A DNA stretch of 26,100 nucleotides from positions 1-26,100 of the forward strand of contig JBHLRS010000045.1 in assembly GCA_048882325.1 (NCBI GenBank). Direction: 5' to 3'. Both the position numbers and the translations under genes were made by a program. Below the pieces are notes generated by a model. It saw only the letters and a list, made by a program, of their open reading frames with translations, searched no databases and had not been told where the DNA came from. The stretch is from Candidatus Thorarchaeota archaeon (lineage in GTDB: Archaea > Asgardarchaeota > Thorarchaeia > Thorarchaeales > Thorarchaeaceae). This document shows, piece by piece, positions 7,862 through 16,600 of this stretch (position 1 is the first letter of the stretch; each line of letters opens with the position of its first letter).

Positions 7862-8749
7862 TCAAAACTCTGCCTTTATCTTCTCAACTAGCACTTCACT
7901 CTCTTGGGAGTCAGTGAGAAACTCAATCGCATCAATTGAAGAAATCCCGATTCCCAACTCAACAGCTCGAGCAATCTGTTCCTGTTCAAAAATGGATCCC
8001 TTCGATACGTTTGCTGTCGTTCCATGCATTCTCAGCAAGGCAACACCGACTGCATCGATCGCAATTTTGTCTGTTCCTGCGACAAACACGTTGGCCTCCC
8101 TGCGAGTTCCCTCCATGGGACCGCCATCGATGAAAACAATCACACCATCCATGATGATGAGGTCCCACTTGTATGCGGCATTGATCTCTGCAATCATCTT
8201 TCTCTGATGTGGCGAACTGTGCAACTCGTTCATGTATGTATATCCAACCCTGGGAACAAGCGCGGTGGCGTTCTTTAATGAGAGTGTGAAGTGGCCTCCA
8301 TACATGTGCGTCTTCAAGCAACAGGTTTCAATGACACACTCTGCTTCATCAAAGACCTTTGCAAAGAGAAACCCGTCCTTCCAGTGGTTACCTTCAGGAT
8401 TCTTTTTGACCCATTCATCGTGAGGAATTGTTTCAAGGTTCACCACATCAAAACCGAACTCATCTGCTAATGCATAGAGTCCCTTCTGCTTGAAGGCTTC
8501 TTCAGTGTTCGCAGGTCCACATCTCTCAGCCACAATGATTGACTTTGCACCCATCTCCTGCAACCTGACTAGTATCTGTCTGAATGTATCCATGTGAGTT
8601 GATGCTGGTGGTGGGTCTGCTGTGTTGAAGTTAGGCTTGAAGACCACTCTCTTCCCCTTCACTGGATTAATACCCAGAAGGTCGAAGGACTTGTTCACTC
8701 CATAGACTCGATCATTCGTTGAGATAACTGCAACCTTGGTCATGGTCAT
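7862..8749 (-). CDS. DUF362 domain protein
   Basis: Motifs VVFKPNFN, LKTH..G.FTLSLKN, LIIMDG..GGP..G and D.IAIDAVG. Confidence 0.88.
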   Translation of the reverse strand: MTMTKVAVISTNDRVYGVNKSFDLLGINPVKGKRVVFKPNFNTADPPPASTHMDTFRQILVRLQEMGAKSIIVAERCGPANTEEAFKQKGLYALADEFGFDVVNLETIPHDEWVKKNPEGNHWKDGFLFAKVFDEAECVIETCCLKTHMYGGHFTLSLKNATALVPRVGYTYMNELHSSPHQRKMIAEINAAYKWDLIIMDGVIVFIDGGPMEGTRREANVFVAGTDKIAIDAVGVALLRMHGTTANVSKGSIFEQEQIARAVELGIGISSIDAIEFLTDSQESEVLVEKIKAEF

Positions 8750-8809
8750 TCACCAATATTGGAGATTAAGTTTCAATGTGTGAAACCGTATATGATGCTT
8801 TTGTAATAT

Positions 8810-9628
8810 TCAAACATCAGTTTGGTTGTCAATATTCAGAGTCATTTTGTGGAGTTTATGATGCATCCGATAGTTCCTTTTCTCACAAATCTCAGCAAGC
8901 TCAGGAATGTTAGTGAAAGTAGTGCGTACATAATCAAACTCTGGAAGACTGTACTTCCTCAACTCTGACACAAAGTCATCAAAGCAATCAGTACTTGTCA
9001 TCTCAAAGGGGAAGCACCCCGGAAACTTGGGGCTGAATCTAGCAAAACCTTCGATATGTCCCTCACTATCCTTCAGAACTAATACATGGACATCATCAGC
9101 AGATAGAAACTTCCTGATTTGTTCTGCAGGAGTTGAATGAAAGATGTTTGCAACCGTATCAATCTCATTCTCCTGAATCTCATAGCACGAGTATTCACCT
9201 TTTGGTTCTACAGAATCAAAGGGAACAAAGTAATGCCACGTTGTTCCAACTTTCTTGAATCCTGTCTTCTTGTACAGACCAAGAGCGGCTTCATTGAGGT
9301 CAGCTTGAAGATGAACGGCCTTGATATTACCTTGTTTGCGAAACCAGTCAATTCCATAATTCATGAGTACCTTTCCAAATCCTTTCCCTCGATGTGCTTC
9401 AACTACACCTATTCTCCCAACATACCCCTCTTCCTTTCCGTACCTTTGCACCATGAGATAACCAATCATCTCTTTGTCCATCTCAAGGATGAAAAAGCCA
9501 TCGTCTTCTACTCGTTTCCAGAATGAATCCTCCCATAGGGCATCCTCTGGGAAGATCTCAATATCCATCTTGTGAAATGTTTCCCAGTCTTCACCAATTG
9601 CTTGTCTAATTTCTACCATCCAAACCAC
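8810..9628 (-). CDS. GNAT-family N-acetyltransferase (RimI-like N-domain plus C-terminal domain)
   Basis: Acetyl-CoA motif A HRGKGFGKVL and N.AA.GLYKKTGF. Confidence 0.9.
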   Translation of the reverse strand: MVWMVEIRQAIGEDWETFHKMDIEIFPEDALWEDSFWKRVEDDGFFILEMDKEMIGYLMVQRYGKEEGYVGRIGVVEAHRGKGFGKVLMNYGIDWFRKQGNIKAVHLQADLNEAALGLYKKTGFKKVGTTWHYFVPFDSVEPKGEYSCYEIQENEIDTVANIFHSTPAEQIRKFLSADDVHVLVLKDSEGHIEGFARFSPKFPGCFPFEMTSTDCFDDFVSELRKYSLPEFDYVRTTFTNIPELAEICEKRNYRMHHKLHKMTLNIDNQTDV

Positions 9629-9680
9629 AACACTTGGATTATTCTACCACTTCTATATGAAAGACTATGGTCGCTAATGT

Positions 9681-10490
9681 CTAGCCATCAAGATTCAGAG
9701 TCATTTTGTATAGTCTGTGATGCAAGGGATATGAGTGATTCCCACATAGCTCAGCTAATTCCTCATTGTCGGTGAAGATAGTCCTGACATAATCAAACTC
9801 TGGAAGACTGTGCTCTTCTATCCATGCTATGAAATCATCGAAATTGTCAGTATTGGTGATCTCGAATGGAAAGCAACCTGGAAATGAAGGTGTGAACCGA
9901 CATGCACCAACAATCTGTCCTTCCTTATCTTTCAACGTGAGAACGTGATATAGGTCACTCTCGATATACTGTTTTATCACAATGGCTGGCAAGGTTGGAA
10001 ACGCTTCTGCAACAGTCTCGATCTCATCTTCGGTGATCTCTTGACATTTGTACTTTCTTACAGGCTGAAGACTAGCAAATGGAACGATGTAGTGCCAAGT
10101 GGTTCCAGAAACTTCGAATCCAAATTTCTTGTAGAGTGATTGAGCAACCTTGTTGTAGTCTTGTGTGTATAGATGTACCTTGGTGATATCCTTCTCACTC
10201 CTCAACCAATCCATCGTACATTCCATGAGATAGCTCCCTAGGCCCTGTCCTTGATGAGACTTGGCAATCCCGACTCTACCTAGATTTGCGCCATCCGCTC
10301 CAAATCTCTCAAGTGCAAGTTCCCCGATGATTTTTCCCTCCATTTCTAGAGCGAAGAAATTTCCCCTTTCAATCCGATGGTAAAGCTGGTCCTCAGTGAA
10401 TGGGTCTTCCTCGAAGATTTCTTTCTCCATCTCCCTGAGTTGATCCCAATCTTCCTCTGTCATTGGCCTTAGATTATATTCGCTCTTCAT
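9681..10490 (-). CDS. GNAT-family N-acetyltransferase, tandem paralogue of 8810-9628
   Basis: HQGQGLGSYL and NKVAQSLYKKFGF. Shares GTTWHY, FPGCFPFE and SLPEFDYVRT with the downstream copy. Confidence 0.9.
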   Translation of the reverse strand: MKSEYNLRPMTEEDWDQLREMEKEIFEEDPFTEDQLYHRIERGNFFALEMEGKIIGELALERFGADGANLGRVGIAKSHQGQGLGSYLMECTMDWLRSEKDITKVHLYTQDYNKVAQSLYKKFGFEVSGTTWHYIVPFASLQPVRKYKCQEITEDEIETVAEAFPTLPAIVIKQYIESDLYHVLTLKDKEGQIVGACRFTPSFPGCFPFEITNTDNFDDFIAWIEEHSLPEFDYVRTIFTDNEELAELCGNHSYPLHHRLYKMTLNLDG

Positions 10491-10545
10491 TGTGATGACT
10501 TCCTAGTGTGTACATTATTCTCACTCGAAAAGGATGTATAAGAAA

Positions 10546-10575
10546 AGGTATGGTCAACGACAACTGACCATGCCT
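10546..10575. promoter_or_regulatory. Inverted repeat between divergent GNAT genes
   Basis: AGGTATGGTCA-N8-TGACCATGCCT (11-bp arms, one G-T). Confidence 0.45.
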
Positions 10576-10612
10576 GAAAATCGGGGTTGTTATAACCATC
10601 AAGTGTTTTTTA

Positions 10613-11065
10613 TTGGATATGAGAAAAGATCTTCTGATCGAGCCCGCTAAAGATTCGGATTACGCCTCTGTAGTTGCTTTATTGAGAGAAACTGACCTTC
10701 CTCCAGATCATGTTGAGCTCTATATGGACAACTTCTTGATAATTAGGCGACCAGAACAGAGTAAGCAACTTGTGGGATCTGTTGGTCTTGAAATTTATAG
10801 GGACTCAGCACTACTCAGGTCTCTAGCAGTTCATTCCGATTTTCGAGGAATGGGATTAGGTACTAGACTAGTCAATGCGATGATTGAGTTTGCTAAAGGT
10901 AGGGGGATCGATCGACTATTCTTACTCACAGACACTGCTGAGAAATTCTTCGAGAAAAAAGGATTCGTCGTTGTTTCCAGAGATCAAGTGCCAGAAGATA
11001 TGAAACAATCAATCGAGTTCACGACTCTCTGTACAAGTTCTCCTTCAATGATGCGTGAAATCTAA
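10613..11065 (+). CDS. arsN2: GNAT N-acetyltransferase, ArsN2/ArgA-like
   Basis: VGLEIYRDSALLRSLAV..FRGMGLG, LFLLTDTAEKFF.KKGF and C-terminal SIEFTTLC resemble arsenic-resistance ArsN2. No ars operon is adjacent, so the symbol is tentative. Confidence 0.7.
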   Translation: MDMRKDLLIEPAKDSDYASVVALLRETDLPPDHVELYMDNFLIIRRPEQSKQLVGSVGLEIYRDSALLRSLAVHSDFRGMGLGTRLVNAMIEFAKGRGIDRLFLLTDTAEKFFEKKGFVVVSRDQVPEDMKQSIEFTTLCTSSPSMMREI

Positions 11066-11068
11066 TCC

Positions 11069-13615
11069 TTACCTTGTACTCTGAATGAATGAAACTTGTT
11101 TCTTTCTTTCCTCCTCCCACTTCTTACGCTCTGCCCGGAGCTGAAACAGGTCAACCTCCTTGTAAATGAGTCCTTCATCTCCTCGTGATAGATTCCTATC
11201 AATGCGCTCTCTCTCAGGAGTGTAGATGAGTGAGTCACCAAACTCAGCAATATTCGCAAAGAAGCAATACGCATAGATTGATCTTCTTGCATCAAAATGT
11301 GCGGCTTTGAAATCTGCGGTCACAGGTGTGAAGGCTGGGTTGATGACTAGGTCTACAGGTGGGTCTGAGTTCTTCAACTCAACTCGGAGGTCCATATCGA
11401 GAAAGTCACGACAAATGGTGATAGCAATCCGTCCATATTCTGTCTTGCAGATGAAAGTGTTCTTTGTTTGAGTTGAAACGTCGATTCTCTCGATGAATCG
11501 CTTTCCACCCAGGTGAATGATTGCTGGAGTGTGTTTCTCTTGTGCCCATAGTACACCATTAGGTCCATAGACTCTGCAGACGTTTCGTTTGGCATTTTGA
11601 TCATGATAAGAGCCTGGTATGATATACATGTCATATTGCCTTGCTAGACTTTCAACATCTTTCGCTATTTGCTCAAAACTCAAATCAATAGACATCTCGG
11701 GGAATATTAGGATGTTGATTCCTTCTACATTCGCCTTCTCAATCATTTTCCTCAGTTTTTTACTAGTCAGGGGTACCATTTCCTCCTTTAAACCAACGAG
11801 TCCATCTGTCTTCTCCTCATAAAGCTCGTTCAGGATATCCCCACTAGTGGACAATCCAATCTGTGCTATCCCTACTTTGAACTTGCTCCTCTCCGATTTG
11901 TCTGTTCCCTGGAGGAGATCCTTGTGTACCAGTTTGTACTTCGAAGTTGTTGATGCAGTCTTAGATTCAACTCCAAGACTCTCGACAGTCTTCTGAACCA
12001 TTCTTGCAAGGAGGTCATCCAGATTGGTGATGTCAACCATCTCTTTAACTGAGGGTTTCACTTCAAGGACTGTTTCCCATCTCTTCACCTCACTCATGAG
12101 TGTGTCTAATTCCTTCTGCACAATCTGACCAAGTTTCAGTAATCCTTTTTCATCAGCAAGTCTTTTAGCTTCATTCATTAACCCACGAGCCTCATTAACC
12201 TCGAAATCAATTAAGGCCAATTTGGACTGGAGAAGGTAGGTTTCTACTACGAGAGGATATTGAGCTTGGTCTTCAGCAATTGACACTAATTGTTGAGTTA
12301 GGTCTTTCACCTTGTCAAGAACCTCTTCAGATCTAGTTGTCTTCAATTCAATTAGGAGTAAGTCACAGAGATGTATCATAGCTAAAGAGGTTAGTGAGTA
12401 ATCACGAACGTCCTCTTCGACAATCTTCTCAAGAATCCCCTCTGCTTTACCAAGGTCACGAGTTCTCCCACTCTTCTTCAGGAACAGTGCTTGAGAAATC
12501 CGGTAACGTTGGTTGAGGACTTCATTATCTGATTGTGCATCAAACTCCTCGAGCTTTGAGAGGTATTCCTTTGCTAAATCAATATCGCCACTGTCTAGGG
12601 CTAAGCTCATGAGTTGACTCAACACAACAGGTATCAACCTCATGTTTCCCATATCTTCAGATATGGACAGGCTTCGTTGATAATACTCGAATGCGTTTTC
12701 GGTATTTCCTTTCCTTTCGTGACACTCGCCAATATTTGTGAGAGTGAGGGCAATCCCCTCCTTAGCTCCCATATCATCATAAATGAGAAGACTTCTCTGA
12801 TAGAATTCTAAGGCAGCATCGATGTTTCCTTTGAGACTATATATGTCTCCCAAATTGTTGAGAGCCAAAGCAAAGTCTGGACCAATACTAAGTTCTTCCT
12901 GCATTGCAAGACTCCTGTTATAGTACTCGGTTGCTTGAGTAAGATCTCCCTTTAACCGATGCATGACACCAATATTGATGAGGGTTCTAGCGATGTCCAG
13001 CTTGACTGCTAGTTTCTCCCTAATCTCAAGAGTTTGCTTAAGATATTCAAGAGCTTGGTCTAATTCTCCTCTTGAAGAGCTTAGGTTTGCCAGGTTATTT
13101 AGAGCACTGGCTATTGCATTCTCATCATTTATGTCTCTACTCATACCAAGACTCTTATTGAAAAAGTCTGATGCTGCATCAAGCTCTCCCTTTGTCCAAT
13201 AGACGAGTCCTAAGTTGTTGCATGCAGCCGCAATGCCATCTTTATCATTGAGTGTTTTTCTAATTCTCAGACACTCCTCATGACACTCTAAAGCTCTTTC
13301 AAGTTCACCCTTATACCAATATATTACTCCTCTCTGTGAGAGAAGATTGCCTCTTCTCTCCTGAAGCTCTTTCTTGGAATGCTTCTTCTCCTCCGAAATT
13401 AAGAGAGACTCAGCCCTTTCTATAGCAACTAGTCCAATATCCAGTTTCCCTGAGCGCCATGATATGTCCGCCTTCTGTACCAGAGCATCAATGATGAGCA
13501 GATTGTCCTTGGTTTCTTTGCCATCAATGATGTCGTCTAAGATAGTGAGGGCTTCTGATATTTTTCCTTCCTCGCGGAGGGCTTTTGCGTGAGATAATTT
13601 CTCAGAGTCCTTCAC
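11069..13615 (-). CDS. TPR-repeat protein fused to a C-terminal carbon-nitrogen hydrolase (nitrilase superfamily) domain
   Basis: About 7 canonical TPRs (NNLGLVYWTKGELDAA...). C-terminal KVGIAQI, IFPEMS (Glu), QEKHTP (Lys) and ITICRDF (Cys) give the triad. Confidence 0.9.
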   Translation of the reverse strand: MKDSEKLSHAKALREEGKISEALTILDDIIDGKETKDNLLIIDALVQKADISWRSGKLDIGLVAIERAESLLISEEKKHSKKELQERRGNLLSQRGVIYWYKGELERALECHEECLRIRKTLNDKDGIAAACNNLGLVYWTKGELDAASDFFNKSLGMSRDINDENAIASALNNLANLSSSRGELDQALEYLKQTLEIREKLAVKLDIARTLINIGVMHRLKGDLTQATEYYNRSLAMQEELSIGPDFALALNNLGDIYSLKGNIDAALEFYQRSLLIYDDMGAKEGIALTLTNIGECHERKGNTENAFEYYQRSLSISEDMGNMRLIPVVLSQLMSLALDSGDIDLAKEYLSKLEEFDAQSDNEVLNQRYRISQALFLKKSGRTRDLGKAEGILEKIVEEDVRDYSLTSLAMIHLCDLLLIELKTTRSEEVLDKVKDLTQQLVSIAEDQAQYPLVVETYLLQSKLALIDFEVNEARGLMNEAKRLADEKGLLKLGQIVQKELDTLMSEVKRWETVLEVKPSVKEMVDITNLDDLLARMVQKTVESLGVESKTASTTSKYKLVHKDLLQGTDKSERSKFKVGIAQIGLSTSGDILNELYEEKTDGLVGLKEEMVPLTSKKLRKMIEKANVEGINILIFPEMSIDLSFEQIAKDVESLARQYDMYIIPGSYHDQNAKRNVCRVYGPNGVLWAQEKHTPAIIHLGGKRFIERIDVSTQTKNTFICKTEYGRIAITICRDFLDMDLRVELKNSDPPVDLVINPAFTPVTADFKAAHFDARRSIYAYCFFANIAEFGDSLIYTPERERIDRNLSRGDEGLIYKEVDLFQLRAERKKWEEERKKQVSFIQSTR

Positions 13616-13736
13616 TTACTTACCTCCATAGTATGTATATCTTTCATGTCCTGAACTTGTCTTAAAGGATTTCCAGAAAATTATTCGCTACGTTGAAGTA
13701 AATGCTTATATCCGATTTTTTCCGATACTCATTTAC

Positions 13737-13923
13737 AATGCGAGGATATACGACAATCCAGCACATGTTTCCACCACTTAGTGGCAACTAATGCTATGTC
13801 CTTTTCCTCGTGATGTCTGCTTTTCTCGTGGTCCTCTCGGGGAAGAGGGCTAGGTCTGCGGACTGTAGCTATATGCGAACAGCTGCTCTGGATGTCTTGT
13901 CCTCATTTGGAGGTAATACAAGA
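13737..13923 (+). ncRNA. Candidate structured cis-regulatory 5' leader
   Basis: TATA-like GCTTATAT at 13704-13711. Long-range complementarity of 13737-13761 with 13888-13907. Internal hairpins. An anti-SD CCTC lies next to the SD GGAGGT. Confidence 0.45.
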
Positions 13924-14133
13924 ATGTCAGGAAGTATTTCACGAAGAAGGAAAAGTAAAGCAATGAGACAAAGAAGCAAAGAAGAGATCCGATGGTACAT
14001 CAAGTACTTTGCAGATATGATTGAGGATCAGCATAAGAATATGCAGTTTCCAGATTCGGAGTATACTACTCTGACATCGGAACAGATACTTCGAGTAATT
14101 GAAGGACCATACACCCGGAGAAAATATCAGTAA
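13924..14133 (+). CDS. Small basic hypothetical protein, 69 aa (MSGSISRRRKSKAMRQRSKEEIRWYIKYF...)
   Basis: SD GGAGGT at 13909-13914 before ATG 13924. Followed by a terminator-like hairpin. Confidence 0.7.
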   Translation: MSGSISRRRKSKAMRQRSKEEIRWYIKYFADMIEDQHKNMQFPDSEYTTLTSEQILRVIEGPYTRRKYQ

Positions 14134-14164
14134 GTATATGTCACTTTCTATTCCGTGTGTACAC

Positions 14165-14202
14165 AGAGGGTCTTGCGAGACCCTCTTCTCCTTTTGTTTT
14201 TC
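14165..14202 (+). terminator. Hairpin plus T-tract
   Basis: AGAGGGTCT-TGCG-AGACCCTCT (perfect 9-bp stem) followed by TCTCCTTTTGTTTTT. Confidence 0.7.
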
Positions 14203-14275
14203 AGCGGCACATATTTGAATTACAACTCGTGTCATGTTATGGTTATTTTGTGCTTATGCACGAAATATTAATGAA

Positions 14276-14485
14276 ATGGAGCAAACTGTCAGAGAGGAAA
14301 TAGATACAAGCCACATTATGAGAGAGATCCAGGATGGTCCTGCAACTATCAGTGAGATTGCAAAGGCAACCAAGATGGAGAAGGGAGTCATTCTTGAGAA
14401 CCTACTCGCTCTCATGAAATGGAATCTGATAGAGATTGTAGGAGACGAGAATCGGGAGTACATCTATGCAAGGAAAGAAATCTAA
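14276..14485 (+). CDS. Small winged-helix protein (possibly a gene fragment)
   Basis: GPATISEIAKATKMEKGVILENLLALMKWNLIEIVG is a wHTH pattern. Start uncertain (14234 or 14276), no clear RBS. Confidence 0.6.
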   Translation: MEQTVREEIDTSHIMREIQDGPATISEIAKATKMEKGVILENLLALMKWNLIEIVGDENREYIYARKEI

Positions 14486-14506
14486 CAACTCCTTCCTTTG
14501 TTTTTC

Positions 14507-15535
14507 TTACTCTTCGTTTCGCATCTTCACAACCTTTCCTTTCGCACTCTGAGGTACAACCAAGATCCGTATCTTCTCAAGTAATGGCTCAACATCTTCT
14601 GGATCATAGTTTGAGAAGACTATGAAAGAATATCCTCTCTTGAAGAATTTGAAATAGAGAGCTGATAATCCTGGAGCCCCTCCAGCCATGGCTAAACCTC
14701 CGGGCATCTTGTCAGGGTCAGCATTGAGAGGTATGAAAACTCTCTTAGAAAACTCTGAGTTCAAGAGTTTTTCCTGAGTAATGGCTCTCTCAAATAGCAA
14801 CCAGTCACGAACTGTAGAATAACCGCCTCCCGCTGGACTACCTCGACTACCAATTACAAAGATGTTGCTCCTTCTTTTTGTTGGATGTATAGAGCCATCA
14901 GGCATATGTCTTGTATAGCCGGTTGCTAAATTTGGCACCAATGAATCCACTTCATAATGGTCTGTGTTCATCATTCCTGCGGGTTTGTAGATATTCTCCA
15001 TGACATATTCATAATAGTCCATACCTGAAATCGCCTCTATGACCAGACCGAGTATAACATATCCAGCATTACTATAGTTCCATCTCTCTCCTGGTTCTGA
15101 AACCAAAGGGTCTTCAATGAAGAACGGAACAAAGTCTGATATCTTTCGGAGCTTACCTAGCGCTGCATCGAATTTATCGCCAAAGTAATCCCCCATTCCT
15201 GATGTGAAAGAAACAAGATGTCTAATCTCTACCTTTGAAGCAATGTCATTCCTGAAATCTGGTAGATACTTTCCCACATAATCATCTAGATCTACTTTTC
15301 CTCTTTGTACAAGCTGAAGAATCGCGACCTTAGTGATTATCTTATTCAATGAACCTAGATTGAACTTCGTGTCCACCTGGTTCGGAACACCAAATCGTTT
15401 CTCCGCTATTCCATAAGCATTCTCGAAAATCACTTTGTCATCCTTCGTGACCAGGACTGCACCAGAGAATTTGTCCTGTTCAACATAGTTCTCAATCATA
15501 TGCTGGAGATCAGCAACATTGAATTCAGTCATCAC
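14507..15535 (-). CDS. Serine hydrolase, beta-lactamase class C/AmpC-like family (cytoplasmic)
   Basis: FSGAVLV, F.LGSLNK (SxxK), PGERWNYSNAGY (YxN) and PAGGGYST. No signal peptide. Confidence 0.92.
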   Translation of the reverse strand: MMTEFNVADLQHMIENYVEQDKFSGAVLVTKDDKVIFENAYGIAEKRFGVPNQVDTKFNLGSLNKIITKVAILQLVQRGKVDLDDYVGKYLPDFRNDIASKVEIRHLVSFTSGMGDYFGDKFDAALGKLRKISDFVPFFIEDPLVSEPGERWNYSNAGYVILGLVIEAISGMDYYEYVMENIYKPAGMMNTDHYEVDSLVPNLATGYTRHMPDGSIHPTKRRSNIFVIGSRGSPAGGGYSTVRDWLLFERAITQEKLLNSEFSKRVFIPLNADPDKMPGGLAMAGGAPGLSALYFKFFKRGYSFIVFSNYDPEDVEPLLEKIRILVVPQSAKGKVVKMRNEE

Positions 15536-15541
15536 AAAACC

Positions 15542-15602
15542 TCCGAAATGGTCAAAATGTTTCGATTATATCGAAATAATTGGACATCGTCGAACTTATA
15601 AG
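15542..15602. promoter_or_regulatory. Three tandem TTCGA-N5-TCGAA-like operators (19-bp period) next to a CTTATAAG TATA box
   Basis: TCCGAaatggTCAAA (15542-56), TTCGAttataTCGAA (15561-75), TTGGAcatcgTCGAA (15580-94), CTTATAAG (15595-15602). Confidence 0.65.
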
Positions 15603-15649
15603 GTCTCCTCCTTTAGCAACAACAAGCAAGCTTCACGGAGAAAGACAAT

Positions 15650-16198
15650 TTGACACTACCAGAACTTCTTTCGGATCCTGTACGCGCAAGAATCTATCTT
15701 GAAGTGCTGATTAAGCAGGAGGTCACTGCACAACAGCTACTGAACAATATCAAGATCAGTCGTAGCACAATGTCCCACCATCTCTCAAGGTTCGTTGAAG
15801 AAAAGGTCTTCCAAGTTAGAGTGCAAGAGATGGGCAGGGCAATAAAGTTCTATAGCCATAATCCTGACTTTATGGAGGAGGTTTGCATAGAAGGCAAAGA
15901 CACGATTGCACTAGAAGAACGAATCATGTTTCTGAAATCAGCATCTGCACATCTTCATATTGTTTCCAATCTCCTGCAGGCAAAGGCAGATAGGATAGAG
16001 AAGAACCAATCATCGTCAGAAATGAAATCACGTGTAGCATTCACATTTGATTTCATGTCAAAGGAAGCAGCCGATATCTGGAATGAAGAATACAATGCAT
16101 TTCTAGCACGGTTTGAAGAACGTCGTAAGTCAGTTAAGGAATCCTCTAAGGGTGCGCGTGAATACATCGGATATGGTGGGATTACTCCAACAAAATAA
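15650..16198 (+). CDS. ArsR-like winged-helix transcriptional regulator
   Basis: LSDPVRARIY...TAQQL...ISRSTMSHHLSRF. Divergent from the serine hydrolase. Confidence 0.85.
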   Translation: MTLPELLSDPVRARIYLEVLIKQEVTAQQLLNNIKISRSTMSHHLSRFVEEKVFQVRVQEMGRAIKFYSHNPDFMEEVCIEGKDTIALEERIMFLKSASAHLHIVSNLLQAKADRIEKNQSSSEMKSRVAFTFDFMSKEAADIWNEEYNAFLARFEERRKSVKESSKGAREYIGYGGITPTK

Positions 16199-16208
16199 AG
16201 AAATGGAG

Positions 16209-16454
16209 CTAATCAGAGAAGAGTGGAATGACCGGAGTCACCTTGAATTCCATGAAACTCAACATATCTCTAAAGGTATCATGAATCAGCTTCACATCAT
16301 CAACATCAATCACAGCAACACCTCTATTTGATGCAACGCATTGGTGTGCAGCTAGTATTGTCTTCATCTCCTTCGGTTGTTTGAAGACGTCAGCTGCCTT
16401 TACTGCTTCTTTCCGGTGTTTCGGTTTGATGTGCCATTCTACAAGATACTTCAC
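16209..16454 (-). CDS. DUF3303-like small ferredoxin-fold protein
   Basis: MKYLVEW..., RGVAVIDVDD...., FKVTPVI pattern. GGAGGTGA RBS before the GTG start. Confidence 0.7.
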   Translation of the reverse strand: MKYLVEWHIKPKHRKEAVKAADVFKQPKEMKTILAAHQCVASNRGVAVIDVDDVKLIHDTFRDMLSFMEFKVTPVIPLFSD

Positions 16455-16600
16455 ACTTATTCACCTCCCAACTATTCCATATTGAAGGCAACAAGTGAAC
16501 TGATTGTTCGATTTATGGCTTTACAAAAGGAACAATAGCTCAATTTCAGAACATCAATCCGCAACTCTTTTCATTACTAGGTACTTTCTTGATTTCGTGA

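Noticed and set aside
13737-13907. SRP RNA, RNase P RNA, tRNA or C/D-box sRNA
   Set aside because: Signature motifs (SRP helix 8, GAGGAAAGUCC, cloverleaf/TTC loop, paired C and D boxes) were not found by eye.
13810-13923. N-terminal extension of the 107-aa ORF from GTG 13810
   Set aside because: A strong SD precedes ATG 13924, and the extension coincides with the predicted structured leader.
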